Assembly (NCBI GenBank): GCA_028534125.1 | Contig: CM052839.1 | Location: forward strand, 10,726,001-10,790,000 | Source: Lama glama | Lineage: Eukaryota | Direction of reading: 5' to 3' | Length of the DNA stretch: 64,000 nt | Part shown: piece by piece, positions 50,924 through 64,000 of the stretch | How positions within the stretch are numbered: position 1 is the first letter of the stretch | Layout: every line of letters starts with the position of its first letter | Notes under the pieces: generated by a model | The model's input: the letters and a program-made list of their open reading frames with translations, nothing else | Told to the model about the DNA's origin: nothing | Databases searched by the model: none | Program-made: the position numbers and the translations under genes

Positions 50924-51371
50924 TGTGGAAATAGACCAAGACCAACCAAGTGAGAACTAACATAAGCTTATTCAGAGCTTGCTGTCACAAGGGAGTCCAC
51001 CACCATGCTTCGCGCTTTAGCAGAGACAGAAAGCAGGCAGAGGAGTGGGAGAGCCTTATGGTGTGAAGAAAGACTGTTCTCAGATGGAGGGTGTGTATTT
51101 GACTTTGTCTCATTGGTCCTAAGTTGGAAGCAGGGACAAAATTAAGAAAATTGTCAGCTATTAATCAAGTCCTGGCCATTTTGGGGCTGATTGTTACAGA
51201 GGTTCTTGTTTGTCTTCCTTGACTGTTATCTAGACAGTAACAGCCTACAAGCATGACTTGCAGCAGGCGGGCTTCCTGAGCTAGTTTCCAGGGCAGGCTG
51301 CTGCAGGTTGTGGGTCAGAGTTCTACCTGGATATGGTCTGGCCACTGCCTGTTCATACATTCCATCTTTCA
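50924..51371 (-). mobile_element. ERV1-type solo LTR (448 bp)
   Basis: Minus strand begins TGAAAGA and ends CA; near 4-bp TSD ggac/ggat. Confidence 0.65.
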
Positions 51372-51807
51372 GGATGCACAGTAAACACTCCCTTTTTGTA
51401 GCTTGCTAAATCCTTGGTACATTCCACACTGGCCAATTTCAATTAAAGAATGAATGATTTTTATTAAGGACCTACTGTGTGCAGAGTATTATGCTAGGCA
51501 TATGAAGTTTTATAAAACATAGGCACCCAACTCGTTAAGCAGCAGTCTAAGTCATGTGGGCAGCAAGGAGAAAGATGGGGCAGATGCTGCTTAAACTGTT
51601 CCAGCACATTGACTGCAAAGGGGAGAGGAAGAGGGAGCCCAGTGTTCCTTTCCTTCCCCAGGTCAGGGAGCTTGGTCCCAGCTGAGAGCTCAGCTTTGCA
51701 CCTTCACATCAAGAGTTGGCATTTTTCTCTGCTCTGCAGGGTCAGATCCCCACTGTCACGTCTGAAGTCCCTCTACCCTCAGTAAACCTGCTGCTTCTCT
51801 GCTGCAG

Positions 51808-52068
51808 GTGGATGATCTGAAAGCCAAGCTGGCCACACAGCAAGTGGAGCTGAAGCAGAAGAATGAAGATGCAGACAAGCTGATTCAGGTGGTGGGTGTA
51901 GAGACTGACAAGGTGAGCAGAGAGAAAGCCGTGGCAGACGAGGAAGAGCGGAAGGTGGCCCTCATCATGCTGGAGGTGAAGCAGAAGCAGAAGGACTGTG
52001 AGGAAGACCTGGCCAAGGCAGAGCCGGCGCTCACAGCAGCCCAGGCAGCCCTCAACACCCTCAACAAG
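51808..52068 (+). CDS. DNAH9: DNAH9 exon (13th), stalk coiled coil CC1
   Basis: ctgcag|GTG ... AAG|gtagga; 261 nt; VDDLKAKLA...[21 protein letters not shown]. Confidence 0.96.
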
Positions 52069-55000
52069 GTAGGAGGAACGTCTGGGTGCCTGCTCGCCCC
52101 TGGGGAGGAGCAGTCTCCCCTGACCCGGAGGCATCCCAGGACCCTCGTGTTCCAAAGAGATACAGGGCCAAGTCAGGAGGACTTGGCCGGGATCCAGCTG
52201 TCACTGGTTTAGTCATTAAGCAAACAAACATTTATTTAAGCTGATTATATGTCAGGGTCCGCGGGCTACCAATGAAATCCCAGAGAGGTGAGTCTGAGAA
52301 CCGATCAGGACAGGAGAGGCCAACCGGTCCAGCCTCCCCGCTTTACAAGTGAGAAAGCCAGGGCCCAGAGGAGAACTGACTCACCCAGAGTCACAGGCCT
52401 CAATATTAGAGCCAGACTTAACTCACCTCTTCCAAATCCAAGCCCAGAGATCTTCCAGCTGTGCACCCGATGGTCATTTCACCCATTATGTACCAAAGGA
52501 CGCACCAGCCTTTTAAAGCCCTATGAAAATGTTTAAGATATGAGGCTACAATAAGACATGGTCTCCAAGATATAAGAAAAAATCTACAAAATCAGATTTG
52601 GCAAGTATCCGGTTGTCACCACCATGTAACTGTGTGTCAGTTAAACTCAGCGTATATACATGACCGTTCAGGGCACAGCCATGACTCAAGATGTATTTAG
52701 GGCAGGGGTTTGTTTGTTTGTTTCCCTTAAGTTTATTCTGTGTGTTGGGGGAGCATGTGGTTACTACTTCTTCCTTTTTGAGTTTTGCCAACTAACCTTC
52801 CTTCCCATTTGGGTGACCATGGCTGAGGGGCTAAGGAAGAAAGGCAGTAAAGGGGGCAGACAGACTCGTGGCATCAGAGAAGGACTGGAAAGCTGACCGT
52901 CTATCAGGATGTGCACACAGGCTCTTTGGAGACCTCCCGCCAGTCACTGGGTCTCTCCCCTGCAGGATGCTTTCTCCTCCTTCTCCTGAGAGTCTAGCTG
53001 TTCACCTTTCACATGGATCACTTGTTGGTCAGGGACTAAGACAACCTATGTTAGGTGTGTCGTGTGCACAGCTCCCCTCCGCTCCACGGGAGACATCTGT
53101 GCCTCCCTTCTCCAGACAGGCGCTGAGAGCGCCAGCCACCCACGCGGTGAACTGCCCCTCGTTCCACCATCGGGGGACTAGCCAGCTGTTCTCAGCATGT
53201 CGATTTGTGGGGTGTAAGCTAGACCCCAGTCCACTGTGTCACTCAAATTGCGGGGGAAACATTTAAGCTCTCTGAGTAGTCTCTGTGAAGCTCTCTCTCT
53301 AGACCTGATGTGGAAAGGGCCGATGCCCCACTTCCTCCCTCAAAGGCACAGTGGGCGGGACTCACCAGCAATTCTCACTAAAAATTCTCTCTTCGTCTTC
53401 GGTGTCCTGACTCTTTGATACCCTCATTGCAGGGGAAAGGTTTGAGTCAAAGCACTTCTTTCATTAGTTCTATGCAGCCATCTCATACCTCCCTTTGGAA
53501 GGTAGCATCTCTTGGCTTAGGGCCCAGTGAATCTGAGACTATATTGGGGACATTGTAAAGTGTATAGTTATATATAAATTGCATTTAATGTGAGATATGA
53601 GTGCATTTTAGTATTTTTTTTATGATATGGAATGAGAGTTCCCTAATAGTGAGTACCTAAAAAGCCTTAAATGGGCCTCTACCCTCCATCAATAGGGAAC
53701 ACAAGATTTCTCCAAGAAATTTGTGGTTATCGTCAGGTAGGCTGGGAAGTGGAGGTATAGCCCACTTATGCCACCACTTCTCAGTCTGGACCTTTTAATC
53801 CAGCCAGGCCAGCCTCTCCCTGACCCCTCGCAGCAGCATCCGTTTCAACCACTGGGCCTCTCATCAGACAGTGCTGCACTGCCACCATCTAGGAGTCCCT
53901 CTCCTTTCATCTCGTTCTGTCTAAATACTGCCCATATTTCAAAATCAAACTTACATTCAAGATCAATCTCTCCCCTTTTTTTTTGATTTCCAGAGCACAA
54001 AAGAGAGACCACGTTATTTATGCCCCCTCATGGAGTATTCAGTGATCATTTCTTGCCGAGAAGATGAATGTCTTTCATAAGATCTTTTGACATAGGATCA
54101 TATTTTCTAAGATGAGCTGATTCCCAGTACTGGCTAAACTATTCACTCTGTGTGGCTCTAGGGATGGTTTTGTCTTCGCTGAGCCTCCATTTCCTCATCT
54201 GTAAAATGGAGGTAATAGTTCCCACTGGGTTGGTACAAGGATTAAAGGAGATAACGCACGAAAAGCAGCTGAGAGTTGGCAGCCAGTCAGTAAGCGTTTG
54301 TTGTCGGTGATGGTGTCATTGTGACCAGTGACATCCCTTCCATTTGCTTCCACAAGGCTGGAAACAGCGAGAGCCCATGAAGTACTCTTGATTAGTTCGC
54401 TGGCTCGTTACTTGATCGTTATTAGTAGAAATAAACACTTAGAGATGAAACTCATGGAAGTGATGGGAAAGGATTCTGAACATAGCACTGGACTTGAGGT
54501 CTAGCTGCCTCTGCCACAGAGGAAGTGAAACTCATTTTTCACGAGTGCCTACGTCGTACTGGACAGTGTGATGCGTGCTGTCTTCTGACTGGCTGTGTAG
54601 CCTGGCACAAGTCACTGGAGTTCTTGACCGCTCACTTTCTCTTCTCTGTTACACAGAAAGGGGCAAATAAGAATTAATGGGCTCTTCATCTCACACTCCC
54701 ATCCAGTCTCTTAGAAAATTGTGTCCATTCCACCTTCAGAATATATCCAGAATTCAGATGCTTTGTACCGTCTCTACTGTGACCACCCTGGTCCCAGCCA
54801 CCATCACCTCTTCATCGGACTATTACAGTAGCCTCTCAGTTGGCTCCTTGTTTACATCCTCGCTCCAGTGCTGTGTCAAATTTTTCTACATTCACAGGAC
54901 TGTGGTATTTAAGGACCACTTCCCTATTTTCTCATCATTTTCAAAGTTAACAATAAATCTTTAGTTAATACATAAAGAATACCTGTAAATCAGAGTGTGG

Positions 55001-55685
55001 CAGTGAGTCTCTGCACATTTTAAGTCTCTGCTTTGGCAGTTTTATTTCACTTTTATAGCTCAACTGAAATAAATCCAGAATAACTTTTCCTGCCTTTAGT
55101 TGAAGAATGGTTTTGCTTGCAATTTCATGGCTTTTTTTTTCTCCCTACAAAGTTACTTGGCATTTTCTATTTATTTCCTATGTATTTCGTAGAGTAAGCT
55201 TATTTTTTTATTATACAAATAACATACAATGGCACTTTTACCATTAAAACTAATTCAAGTCATATAGAATGTATAGGGTAAAATATAAAGTTGCCCTCCT
55301 TTGCACTCCAGCCCCAGTCCTCTTCCAAAAGAGGACTCCTGGGATAATTGGAGCTGTACCTAGTCCAGCAGTTTTTCTGTGTATTTACATTTGTGCAAAG
55401 GCACATGTAAAATCTATCATATTTAAGTGCAACTGGGTTACGGCAGCTTACTTTTCCTCGCAAAACAAGGCTGTTCGTGCCGATACATACTTTGAAACCT
55501 TATTTAGTGCTTTATAGTATTCCATGCAGTCATTGTACTTCACTTTATTTGGCTATTTATCTATTATTGTGTATTTTGTTTCTCTCTTTTTTTCCAATAC
55601 AAATATCCTCGTGCATACAGCTGCACTACATACATGCAAATATTTCTTTGAGCCAAGTAAGAAATATAGTGGTTTGGAAGAACAA

Positions 55686-56149
55686 CATGGCAGGCTGAAT
55701 AATGCCTCCTCCACCCCCAAAGCTGGTCACGTCCTGATCCCTGGGATCTGTGTTTTACTTCATATGGTAAAAGTGACTTTGTAGGTGGATGATGTTAAGG
55801 ATCTTGCAATGGGGAGCTTATCCTGGGTTATCCAGGTGGCCCCTAAATGCCATCACAAGGGTCCATAGAAGAGGGACAAGGAGGTCAAAGGAAGAAGAGA
55901 GTGAAGTGATGACAGGAGCAGAGAGGGTGGAAAAGCTGGTGTGATGTGCGGTCATGAGCCAGGGAATCAGCCAACTCTGGAATCTGGGAACGGAAGGAAC
56001 AGGATCTTCCCTTCAGCCTTCAGGAGGAGCCCTGCCCACGTCTTCAGTTTAGGAATCCTGACCTCCAGAACTGTGAGGTAATACATGAATGTGTTTTAAG
56101 TCAGTGAGTTTGTGGTAATTTGTTACAGAAGCAATAGGAAACGCACGTA
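55686..56149 (+). mobile_element. MaLR MLT1-type solo LTR
   Basis: tggcaggctgaataatg start and gtttgtggtaatttgttacagaagcaataggaaac end typical of MLT1; 5-bp TSD aacaa (55681-55685, 56150-56154). Confidence 0.85.
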
Positions 56150-56599
56150 AACAATATGCTCTTTTTTAATAAATAATACCCAGTTTCTGTCCAAAATAGC
56201 TGTTCTTGCTTATAGTTCTACATACTGCTTTCCCCACATCCTTGCCATTATAATTTTTCTCAATAAGAAAACAAAAAATTTTTATTAAAAAAATGTTTAG
56301 TTTGATTCTAATGAGACTAGGTACTTTTTAAAATATTTAGATTCTTCTTTTGTCTGTTATTTTTTCAGATTCTTTGTCCATTTTCTCATGAGATAATTTC
56401 CCTTTTTCTTATTTACAGTTTTTTAAAATAAATTTTCACTATTATGTCTTGGTATATATGTTGTTAATATTTTCTCCTATTATTTGACTTTTAACAAGTT
56501 ATATAAAAAGTAGATTTCATAATCAAATGATTTTGAGAATTCTAGGGTTACAGAGTTTAACCAATTTCTTTCCTACAGGACTTTTTGAGACCTTTATTA

Positions 56600-57960
56600 T
56601 GTGATAAGCTTGATACTAAAAGTAATAGAGAGAGCACAGAAAAATAAAACCTCAGATTAATCGAATTTATGAACAGTGGTGTAAGACATCCATATGAAAT
56701 GCTAGTAAATGAAATCCAGCAATTTATTCAAACAGTAACATGTACCAACTGGTAAGTTTTCCATATGTAATCCTACACCTATGAACATACCCAGCCGTGG
56801 TCAAAGGGAAAAGCTCTGTTGTCATCCTGAGAGATGTCAGAATGGCCCTTAACACAACCCAGCATCCATTCCTATTAAAACTCTTATTAAAGTAGGAGCA
56901 AAAGACTATTTGGATATTTTACTAACACACAGCAATCAATCCCAGTCCAGGAACAAAACATCCTGTCTGATGGTAGAGCATTAGCGAAATTCCCATTAAC
57001 ATAGAAAAAGCGCAATAACGACCACTTCACTACTATTATAAACCAATTGTCCTAGAATTTCTAGCCAGTGCAATAATAAATGAAAAATGGTAATCATGTA
57101 AATGTTGTAAAATACCAGACAAATGTATTATTATTCATGGATGTCATAAAAATATAATAAAACAAATAAAAGGGAAGGGTTAAGGGCCCATTACAGAATT
57201 TAATAGCTTTCCTGATATCAGCAGTAGCCAGTTAGAAAATTTATTTTCAAAATAGCAACCAAAACACACAGTAAAAATAAGCATAGATAAATGTGTTAAA
57301 ACTATGTAATGACAACTACATATTTTTTTGAGTAGTATAAAATATGAATAGGCAGATAGGTGTACCAAGTTTGGTCAGGGAAGATTTAATATTATAAGGA
57401 TGTCACTACTCCTCAAATAATTTATAATTTAAATGTAAGTCTAATTTAACTCCAGTTTGATTTTTGGCTTATTTATGTCTAATGTCATTAAAAGGTCGTA
57501 TCATTTAGCCAGCTATTAAAAATTTAATAACCTAAGTGCCCAACAATATGGAGTTGGCTAAATAAATTATGGCTAATGTTATGATACCATTTTCAACCTC
57601 ACATTGAAAAAAAATGTAATAGTGTTACCAGATGTTGAAAAGAATGAGAGTGTATACAGATCCTCTCAAACACTGATGACTAGTATTGAAATTCCTGGAA
57701 AATAATCTGGTAATGTGTACAAAGAACATTAAAAATGTTCTTATCCTTTGACCCAACAAATCCACTTCTAGGAATGTTATCCTAAACAACTTATCTAAGA
57801 TTTTCACAAAGATTTATATGGAATGCCCAGCAAAGCATTATCCATATGGTAAGTTTGTGGAAATGACCTAGGTTTCCAAACATTGAAATTTGATTTATGC
57901 CTCATCCCTCTGATGGTATACTGTCTCCAAAAACCCTGTTGAAGAGGAATAACCAGTGAC
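56600..57960 (+). mobile_element. Old L1M ORF2 fragments
   Basis: A-rich L1 sense motifs (aatgaaatccagcaa; cctagaatttctagccagtgcaataa; tttgacccaacaaatccacttctagga). Confidence 0.55.
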
Positions 57961-58660
57961 TTTCTGTCAGACCTCTTTTTAAAATGATCAGTAAGTTCTG
58001 CTTGTACTATCTCCGAAATATGTCCCAAATCCAGCCCCTTCTCACCATCTCACCAGGAAAGCCTTAGCCCAGCGGCCGCAGCCTCCCGTACTCGTCCTCC
58101 GCGTGCAGGCCTGCCCCGCCACGGGTTTCCTCACGGCAACTCCCTCTCAAAGCAAACCCTGTCATTGCAGCCCCTGCCCACAGCCCTCCACTGCCTTCCC
58201 GCTGAAAGCAGAAGAAAATCAAACTGTCCAGTGGCTCTGGGCACCCTCGCTGTCTGGCCGGCCTGCCTCTCCTCCCCGCCGCTCCTGGCCGCCAGGCCTG
58301 CACAGCGGCCAAGCTGCTTCCGCAGCCGGACCATGCGCTTGCAGGTCCGCGTGCCTGCAGCAGCCCCCTGCGGACCTCTGTAGCCCTGCTTCCTTCCTGT
58401 CGCTTACATCCCAGCTGACATGGCATGCAGTCCCAGTGGCCTTCCCAGAGCTCCCCCCGAGTGACAGTGGTGTCATCGCTCCCCAAGAATCCACTATTCC
58501 ATTAGCCCTCTTTCTTCTCAAAGCACCTCTCAGTTTCCAGTGTATCAAAGGTTGGCTTCTTTTTTTGCCTACCTCCCTGACCTAAATGAGCAAAAGGACT
58601 TTCCGTTTCTTATTTACCGCTCTGTTTCCATGTGCCAAATGAATGACTGTGCAAACACAC
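57960..58660 (+). mobile_element. L2 fragment, locally CpG-rich
   Basis: L2-like cccaaatccagccccttctcaccatc motif; approximate. Confidence 0.5.
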
Positions 58661-59319
58661 TCATGCACTCAGCAAAGACTCCCCAACTGCCCTTTGGGCC
58701 AGGTGCTGCTCTGGGTGCACGTGATGCATCCACGAACGAAGACCCTGCCTCTATGAAGATAATATTCTAGCACAGCTAAGCGGTGAGAGACAAGAAGCAT
58801 CACGAGAAAGCAATGTTTACAACGCGTCAGAGCATGACAGATGCTGCAGAGAAAAGAAAACCATAGAGCAGATTCGGGGGGAGCTCTGGGGCCAGGGCCG
58901 CTGGGGAGGAGAGTGGAGGAGGCAGGAGGTTGCAGCATGAAAGAAAGTGTGAGCCTCCTTGAGAAGGAGAAATTTGAGTACAAACTTGGAGAAGAGCAAA
59001 TTCATCAGGCAGACGCCTGGGAAGAGCAGTCAACGCCAAGGCAGCAGCTAGAACAAGAGTCTCGAGGCAGGAAGGGGAGCCTGCCTGGTGCTGGCTGGCT
59101 CAGAACCGCGTCTGCCTTCTTCTGAGGAATGTCTGTTCCATCCTGTGTGCCTGTTGGCAGTGCCACCTCACCTGCCCCATGGGGATGGGCTCCAGGAGCC
59201 TCACCTAACTGAACAAGATCTTTTCCCAGGACTTTTTTACTTTGACTTACAGTGGAGAAAAAAAAAATCTCCTTCCTTCCTGATTGCAAAGTGATGGATG
59301 TGAGCCTGGAGCTACCGGC

Positions 59320-59770
59320 ACCGTTCATCTCATTCAGTCGTTCAGCACACTTGTTGATGAGCACCTAGTGTGTGCCAGTTACTGTTCTAGGCACTGGGAC
59401 TGCCGTGGTTAACCAGAGAGGTGAGGTCCCTGGTCCCAGAGGAACATTGTAATCCCAGGAGGAAAAAGTGGTCATCGTTTCTGATTGCCCCGAGCTCTGT
59501 GAGGATGAGCAGGAATGAGCCCGTGTAGGAAATGACTAGGAAGGGGAGGTTGGCCAGAGAGTCTGTCTGAGAGGTGGGGCTCTTGAATGGAGATCTTGAC
59601 GGATGGGAAGGGCTCAGCCACGCAAATATCTTAGAAGAATTGTTCCAGGCAGAGGTCCTGAGGTGGGAATGAGCTTGGCAGTTAGTATGCTAGGAGGAGT
59701 TGCCCGTGGCAGAGCTTAGCGGGCGACTGAGAAAGCGGCCCAGGTTGAGGTCAGAGGGGTAAGTTGTGTG
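59320..59770 (-). mobile_element. L2 3' fragment
   Basis: cattcagtcgttcagcacac...gagcacctagtgtgtgccag...ttctaggcactggg. Confidence 0.6.
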
Positions 59771-61222
59771 GCTTGCAACACGAAGAAACTGGTTTGCAAA
59801 AAAGGAACTCGTGCACAGGGAGAAGCAGAAACAAGAGGAGGTCTGGAGTCTCCTGCTGACATCCGAAACGCAGTTCCCCTGGTCCTTACAAATGGCAACC
59901 AGCCCATCCTCCCCAGATATGTGAGCGAGAAAATTCCCCTTTGTCCTTCAGCTGGGTTTTCTGTCTCTAAAACCAGAAGAGATGTGATTAATTTAGAGGT
60001 ATATATGAATAGTAAAAAAACTGGGAGGAATTACATTGAAATATTAACAGTGATGTATCTGGGTTATAGAATTCAATTTCATCTTTATACATTTTATATT
60101 TTCTTAATTCAGTACATTGCATGCTTAACTTAAACTGTTTTAAAGTTGTGGGGTTTTGGTTTCTGATCGTATTTTTTCACTGTGTCCTCTTCTGCACGGG
60201 AGAGGCTGCTTCGACAGGTATGCAAGCACACCTCCCACACCGGTGCTGCCTTCAGCCCTGTGCCTGACAAAGTTGTCATGACCGAAAGTGAAAACAGTTG
60301 TAAGGAAAAACGGAGAATCTTCCTAGGTGCTTCCATTAGGTGCTAGAAATAATCCCCCTTGCGTGTTGATTTCCAGGCCCAAATGCACCCCCAAATTAAT
60401 TTGGCACAAGAATCTCATCTTTGAAATCAAGATCTTCCCCCCACTTACAAAATAAGCCTTCAAACTAAGTGCTTTTGAGGTCATCGATTTCTCACTGACA
60501 GTCCCCACAAACCTTAAATCAAAGTTATATGCATTTCTGACAAAATTTCACTTACAGATTTATTGCTTCCAACTTACAGATGAAAACACTGAGGCCTGGA
60601 AACTTGAAGGGACTTGCCAAGGTCAACGCTTTCAGCCATATCTTTCCAGAACAAGTGAAACTTGAAGCAAAGGACAAACTGACGTCTAGACAGAGGCAGT
60701 GTCTGCACAGGCAGTGCCCAGCTTTCTGTCTGAATTATTTCTTGGCAGGAAATGCAACTTTGCTATCAGGACAGTCAAGTGTAGTTAGAACAAGCTCATG
60801 GAACAAAGCAGTTTAATTAAAGAAAAAAAATTAGTTGGGTTACAGTGCTATTCTCTTCAGTCCAAGATGGAAATTAATTTATAATAACCTTATCTTTTAT
60901 TCATGGCATGCTGTATATTTCAGGGTATGTTGGCATCCTTATGTTTTTCAGCTGCACATGAAATAATTCTGTGTTTCTGATGGGCTGCGAGTCAAAGCGC
61001 GGAGAGCACACAGCTGAGTCTCAGCTAACCATTCAGGGGACTCTGGAACCACTGGGAGTCGCCTTGGTTCCCTTTCCATGAGCCATGAGATTTAGAATTC
61101 TGAGGGCTGCTGCAGGCTTCCCAGGGCCCTCTCAGGTCCATCACCCAGAGCCCAGCGCCATGGTGGCGGAGGACAGTGAGGGCCCATCCTTTTTCATCTA
61201 ACGACCTGCCTCTCTCTTCCAG

Positions 61223-61648
61223 ACCAACCTGACGGAGCTGAAGTCCTTTGGTTCCCCACCCCCGACTGTCAGCAATGTCACTGCGGCGGTGATGGCGCTT
61301 GTGGCCCCTGGGGGCAAGGTGCCCAAGGACCGCAGCTGGAAGGCCGCCAAGGTCACCATGGCCAAAGTGGACAGCTTCCTGGACTCCCTCATCCACTTTG
61401 ACAAGGAGAACATTCACGAGAACTCCCTCAAGGCCATCAGGCCGTACCTGCAGGACCCCGAGTTCAATCCAGAGTTCGTGGCCACCAAGTCGTCCGCAGC
61501 CGCAGGCCTCTGCTCTTGGGTCATAAACATTGTGAGGTTCTACGAGGTGTTCTGTGACGTGGAGCCCAAGCGCCAGGCACTGAGCAAGGCCACCTCGGAC
61601 CTCGCTGCTGCCCAGGAGAGGCTGGCTGCCGTGAGAGCCAAGATCGCG
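61223..61648 (+). CDS. DNAH9: DNAH9 exon (14th), microtubule-binding domain and start of CC2
   Basis: cttccag|ACC ... GCG|gtgagt; 426 nt; [13 protein letters not shown]...[26 protein letters not shown]. Confidence 0.96.
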
Positions 61649-62260
61649 GTGAGTGACCCCCAATCCTGAGACAGACCACACTCTCCACCAGGCCCCAGGC
61701 CCCAGGGGCCTGATTTTTAAAGAAAACCAAATTCTTTTGCAAACTCTCCTGACTTTTCAATAGAGGAAACTTCATAAATGTCTTTCTAAACTACTGTATC
61801 ATCCAAACAAGACAGATCCACTGGACCATGGGCTTACGCTTTGGTCCTGAAGGATTTCCTCCTTTTCCTCCAAGGAAAGAAGAGATGACAGATGGATACA
61901 GATAATAGATGAACAGTGTTATCCACTGAACCAGTGGATATCATATTAGCCACAAATGCATTCAGTATTTTTTGCACATCTGATAGCTAAGAACAAAAGG
62001 TCAAGAGCTGGAGATTCTTTTTCCTCTTTGAAATGTAGGTTTTGGTCACATTTCCTCACCTTGTGCACCATTACCTTCCATTCTGGCCAGCTGTCTGCCC
62101 CTCTCACTCTCAGTGGTGTGGACATCTGGGCCTGCTGTGCGTGTTTGATGCTACCTGCATCATTTTATAGAAGCTTTTAAAAAAGCACATAGCATATTGT
62201 GGTTTGCAGGGTGGTCCCTTGGCCATAAATATAAAATTACTAACCTCTTTGTTGATATTT

Positions 62261-62380
62261 TGGTGGGGGGAGTAATTAGGTTTACTTATTAATTTTTTTA
62301 ATGGAGGTACTGGGGATTGAACACAGGACCTTGTGCGTGCTAAGCATGTGCTCTACTGCTGAGCTACACCCTCCCTCCTG
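62261..62380 (-). mobile_element. tRNA-derived SINE of camelid type
   Basis: Same family as 17918-18104; 13-bp TSD tttgttgatattt (62248-62260, 62381-62393). Confidence 0.85.
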
Positions 62381-64000
62381 TTTGTTGATATTTCGATGAT
62401 ATGTCCCTCACCCAGGATTGGGGAATGGAAGTGATCTTGGATTCACACCTGTTTGGGAGAGATTTCCCCTTGAACTTCATGTTTGCCATTAAAATGGATG
62501 TTACCAAAGTGAGAGGTAGAAATCAGAACCCTGCAGGACAGCATAGCAGCAGAAATTCCATCAGCAGACCTACCAGTCCACTGTGGGGGACCTTTAGAAA
62601 GGCCTTTAAAGTGCCCAAACTTCAGTTTCCTGTAGTTAAACAGACACAGTAATCACCCCTGCTTCCTGAGTCTGCTGTGAGGACAAAAGGAGAGAAGGCA
62701 CGGAAGCACAAGCCCAGAGCCCAGCCGTGGGGACGCAGGGGTCCCTCGGCCATGGATGCCGAGCGTTCCTCCACCCCTCCTCCTGCACGTGCCGTCGCGT
62801 GCATGCACAAGCCCCGGTAATCAGTCGCTGCTGTCATCAAGTTCAGTCCAAAACAATCCCTGGATCTTTCATTTCTACACATGCCTTCCAGTCCAATAGG
62901 GTTCTCGCTGCAAATTTCTCCTGACGCTAAAAAGGGGTTTTACAGATTGTGAAAAGGAGGACTGCAGACATGCGGCATGTCTCCTGGGTTTACTTGATAG
63001 ATTAAATTCTATGGCTGAAGGCTCTAGTTCAGAGATCCTTGCAACCAGTCTCTCTATAAAGAAGAGATGCTTTGGCAAAGCAACTAGTCACTCCATATGT
63101 TTGCTTTATAAATCCAGATGTTCATGGGCTGGTTTACTGAAAATGTGATAATCACCCCCACAGTGGCCCTCTTGAAAGAACACCAAGGGCAAAATACTGT
63201 AACACCCCCTTGACTGTTGGTGGAGAGAAAGATCTTCTGATAATTTTCATGTTCTTCAGTCTCTCCCAGAAAAGTGTTACAGGAACTGCATTTTCAAAGA
63301 AATCTTACTCAAGTTATTTTAACCAAAGGAACATTTGGTGCAAAGGCAGTGTTTTCAAAATGTTTATACCTTTTTAGTAGCAAACATGCACGCGATGGGC
63401 CCATTCAACCTGTGAAAGCAAGCAGAATATTTTAAAAATACTTGGCTACCTTAAGAAAGCACTTCTTTTCTGCCAAAATATTTTTTGAAAAAAATTCATT
63501 CTCACTCTTAACAACCTCCTCTCCATCCTTTGCTTATATCCTCATGTCTGTCGACATCCCAAGGGTGCAGACACTTGCCCAGTATGAACAGAAGGGACAG
63601 GCCAACACCTATCCCAAATTGGAGGCCCACTCAGGCCAGGAAAGTGCCTCCCTCCGTGTCCCTGAGGTCATTGCCGGCCTCCTCCAGTGGCAAACCCCCC
63701 AAGCCTTATTTTTAGGATTTTAGGATAATTCCAACCAAAGAATTCTATATTCAAGATCCATAAAGGGGAAAAAAGCATCTTTCAAAACAGATTATACAAG
63801 GTAATTTCGATTTGATTTTATATATATATATAATTAAAATATATACAAGTATAAATAGTGGTGGTGATCTCTGGGTGGTAGATTCTGGATGGTTTTTGAT
63901 TATCTGTATTTTCTCTTTTTTTCTATCATGAATGCACATTATTATTTTAATTTATAAAAATAATAGTAATACAAACAAGCGAGGCATTTGCATTGAGTGT

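Noticed and set aside
58126-58141. RFX X-box-like site gtttcctcacggcaac
   Set aside because: Spacer longer than consensus and inside a repeat; not supportable from sequence alone.
1254-61648. Assignment to DNAH17 or DNAH11, or to a pseudogene
   Set aside because: Diagnostic stretches ([26 protein letters not shown]) fit DNAH9 as recalled, and all 14 exons join in frame without stops.
61025-61681. Long antisense ORFs (218 aa here; also 42171-42737, 23041-23523, 51742-52155)
   Set aside because: Shadows of GC-rich DNAH9 exons with no independent signal.

Overview
Mammalian genomic DNA, probably camelid judging by its tRNA-derived SINEs. The whole window lies inside the axonemal dynein heavy chain gene DNAH9 on the + strand. 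Fourteen internal coding exons (1254-61648) splice at GT-AG sites with consistent phases into one uninterrupted 2763-nt, 921-codon frame covering the end of AAA2, AAA3, AAA4, the stalk coiled coil and the microtubule-binding domain. Introns hold the usual mammalian repeats (MIR, L2, L1, CR1/L3, hAT-Charlie MITEs, MaLR and ERV1-type solo LTRs), tandem repeats and three N gaps. The outstanding feature is a ~4.5-kb element (about 30842-35369) in the intron after the 9th exon shown. It is bounded by imperfect complementary ends and interrupted by a later L1 insertion. Its minus strand carries a decayed reading frame with motifs colinear with influenza PB1 C-terminal sequence followed by nearly all of PB2. 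I interpret it as a candidate ancient orthomyxovirus-like (Articulavirales) endogenous viral element, apparently with PB1-C and PB2 fused in one frame. This rests on manual translation and by-eye comparison to influenza A sequences recalled from memory and needs HMM/structure confirmation.
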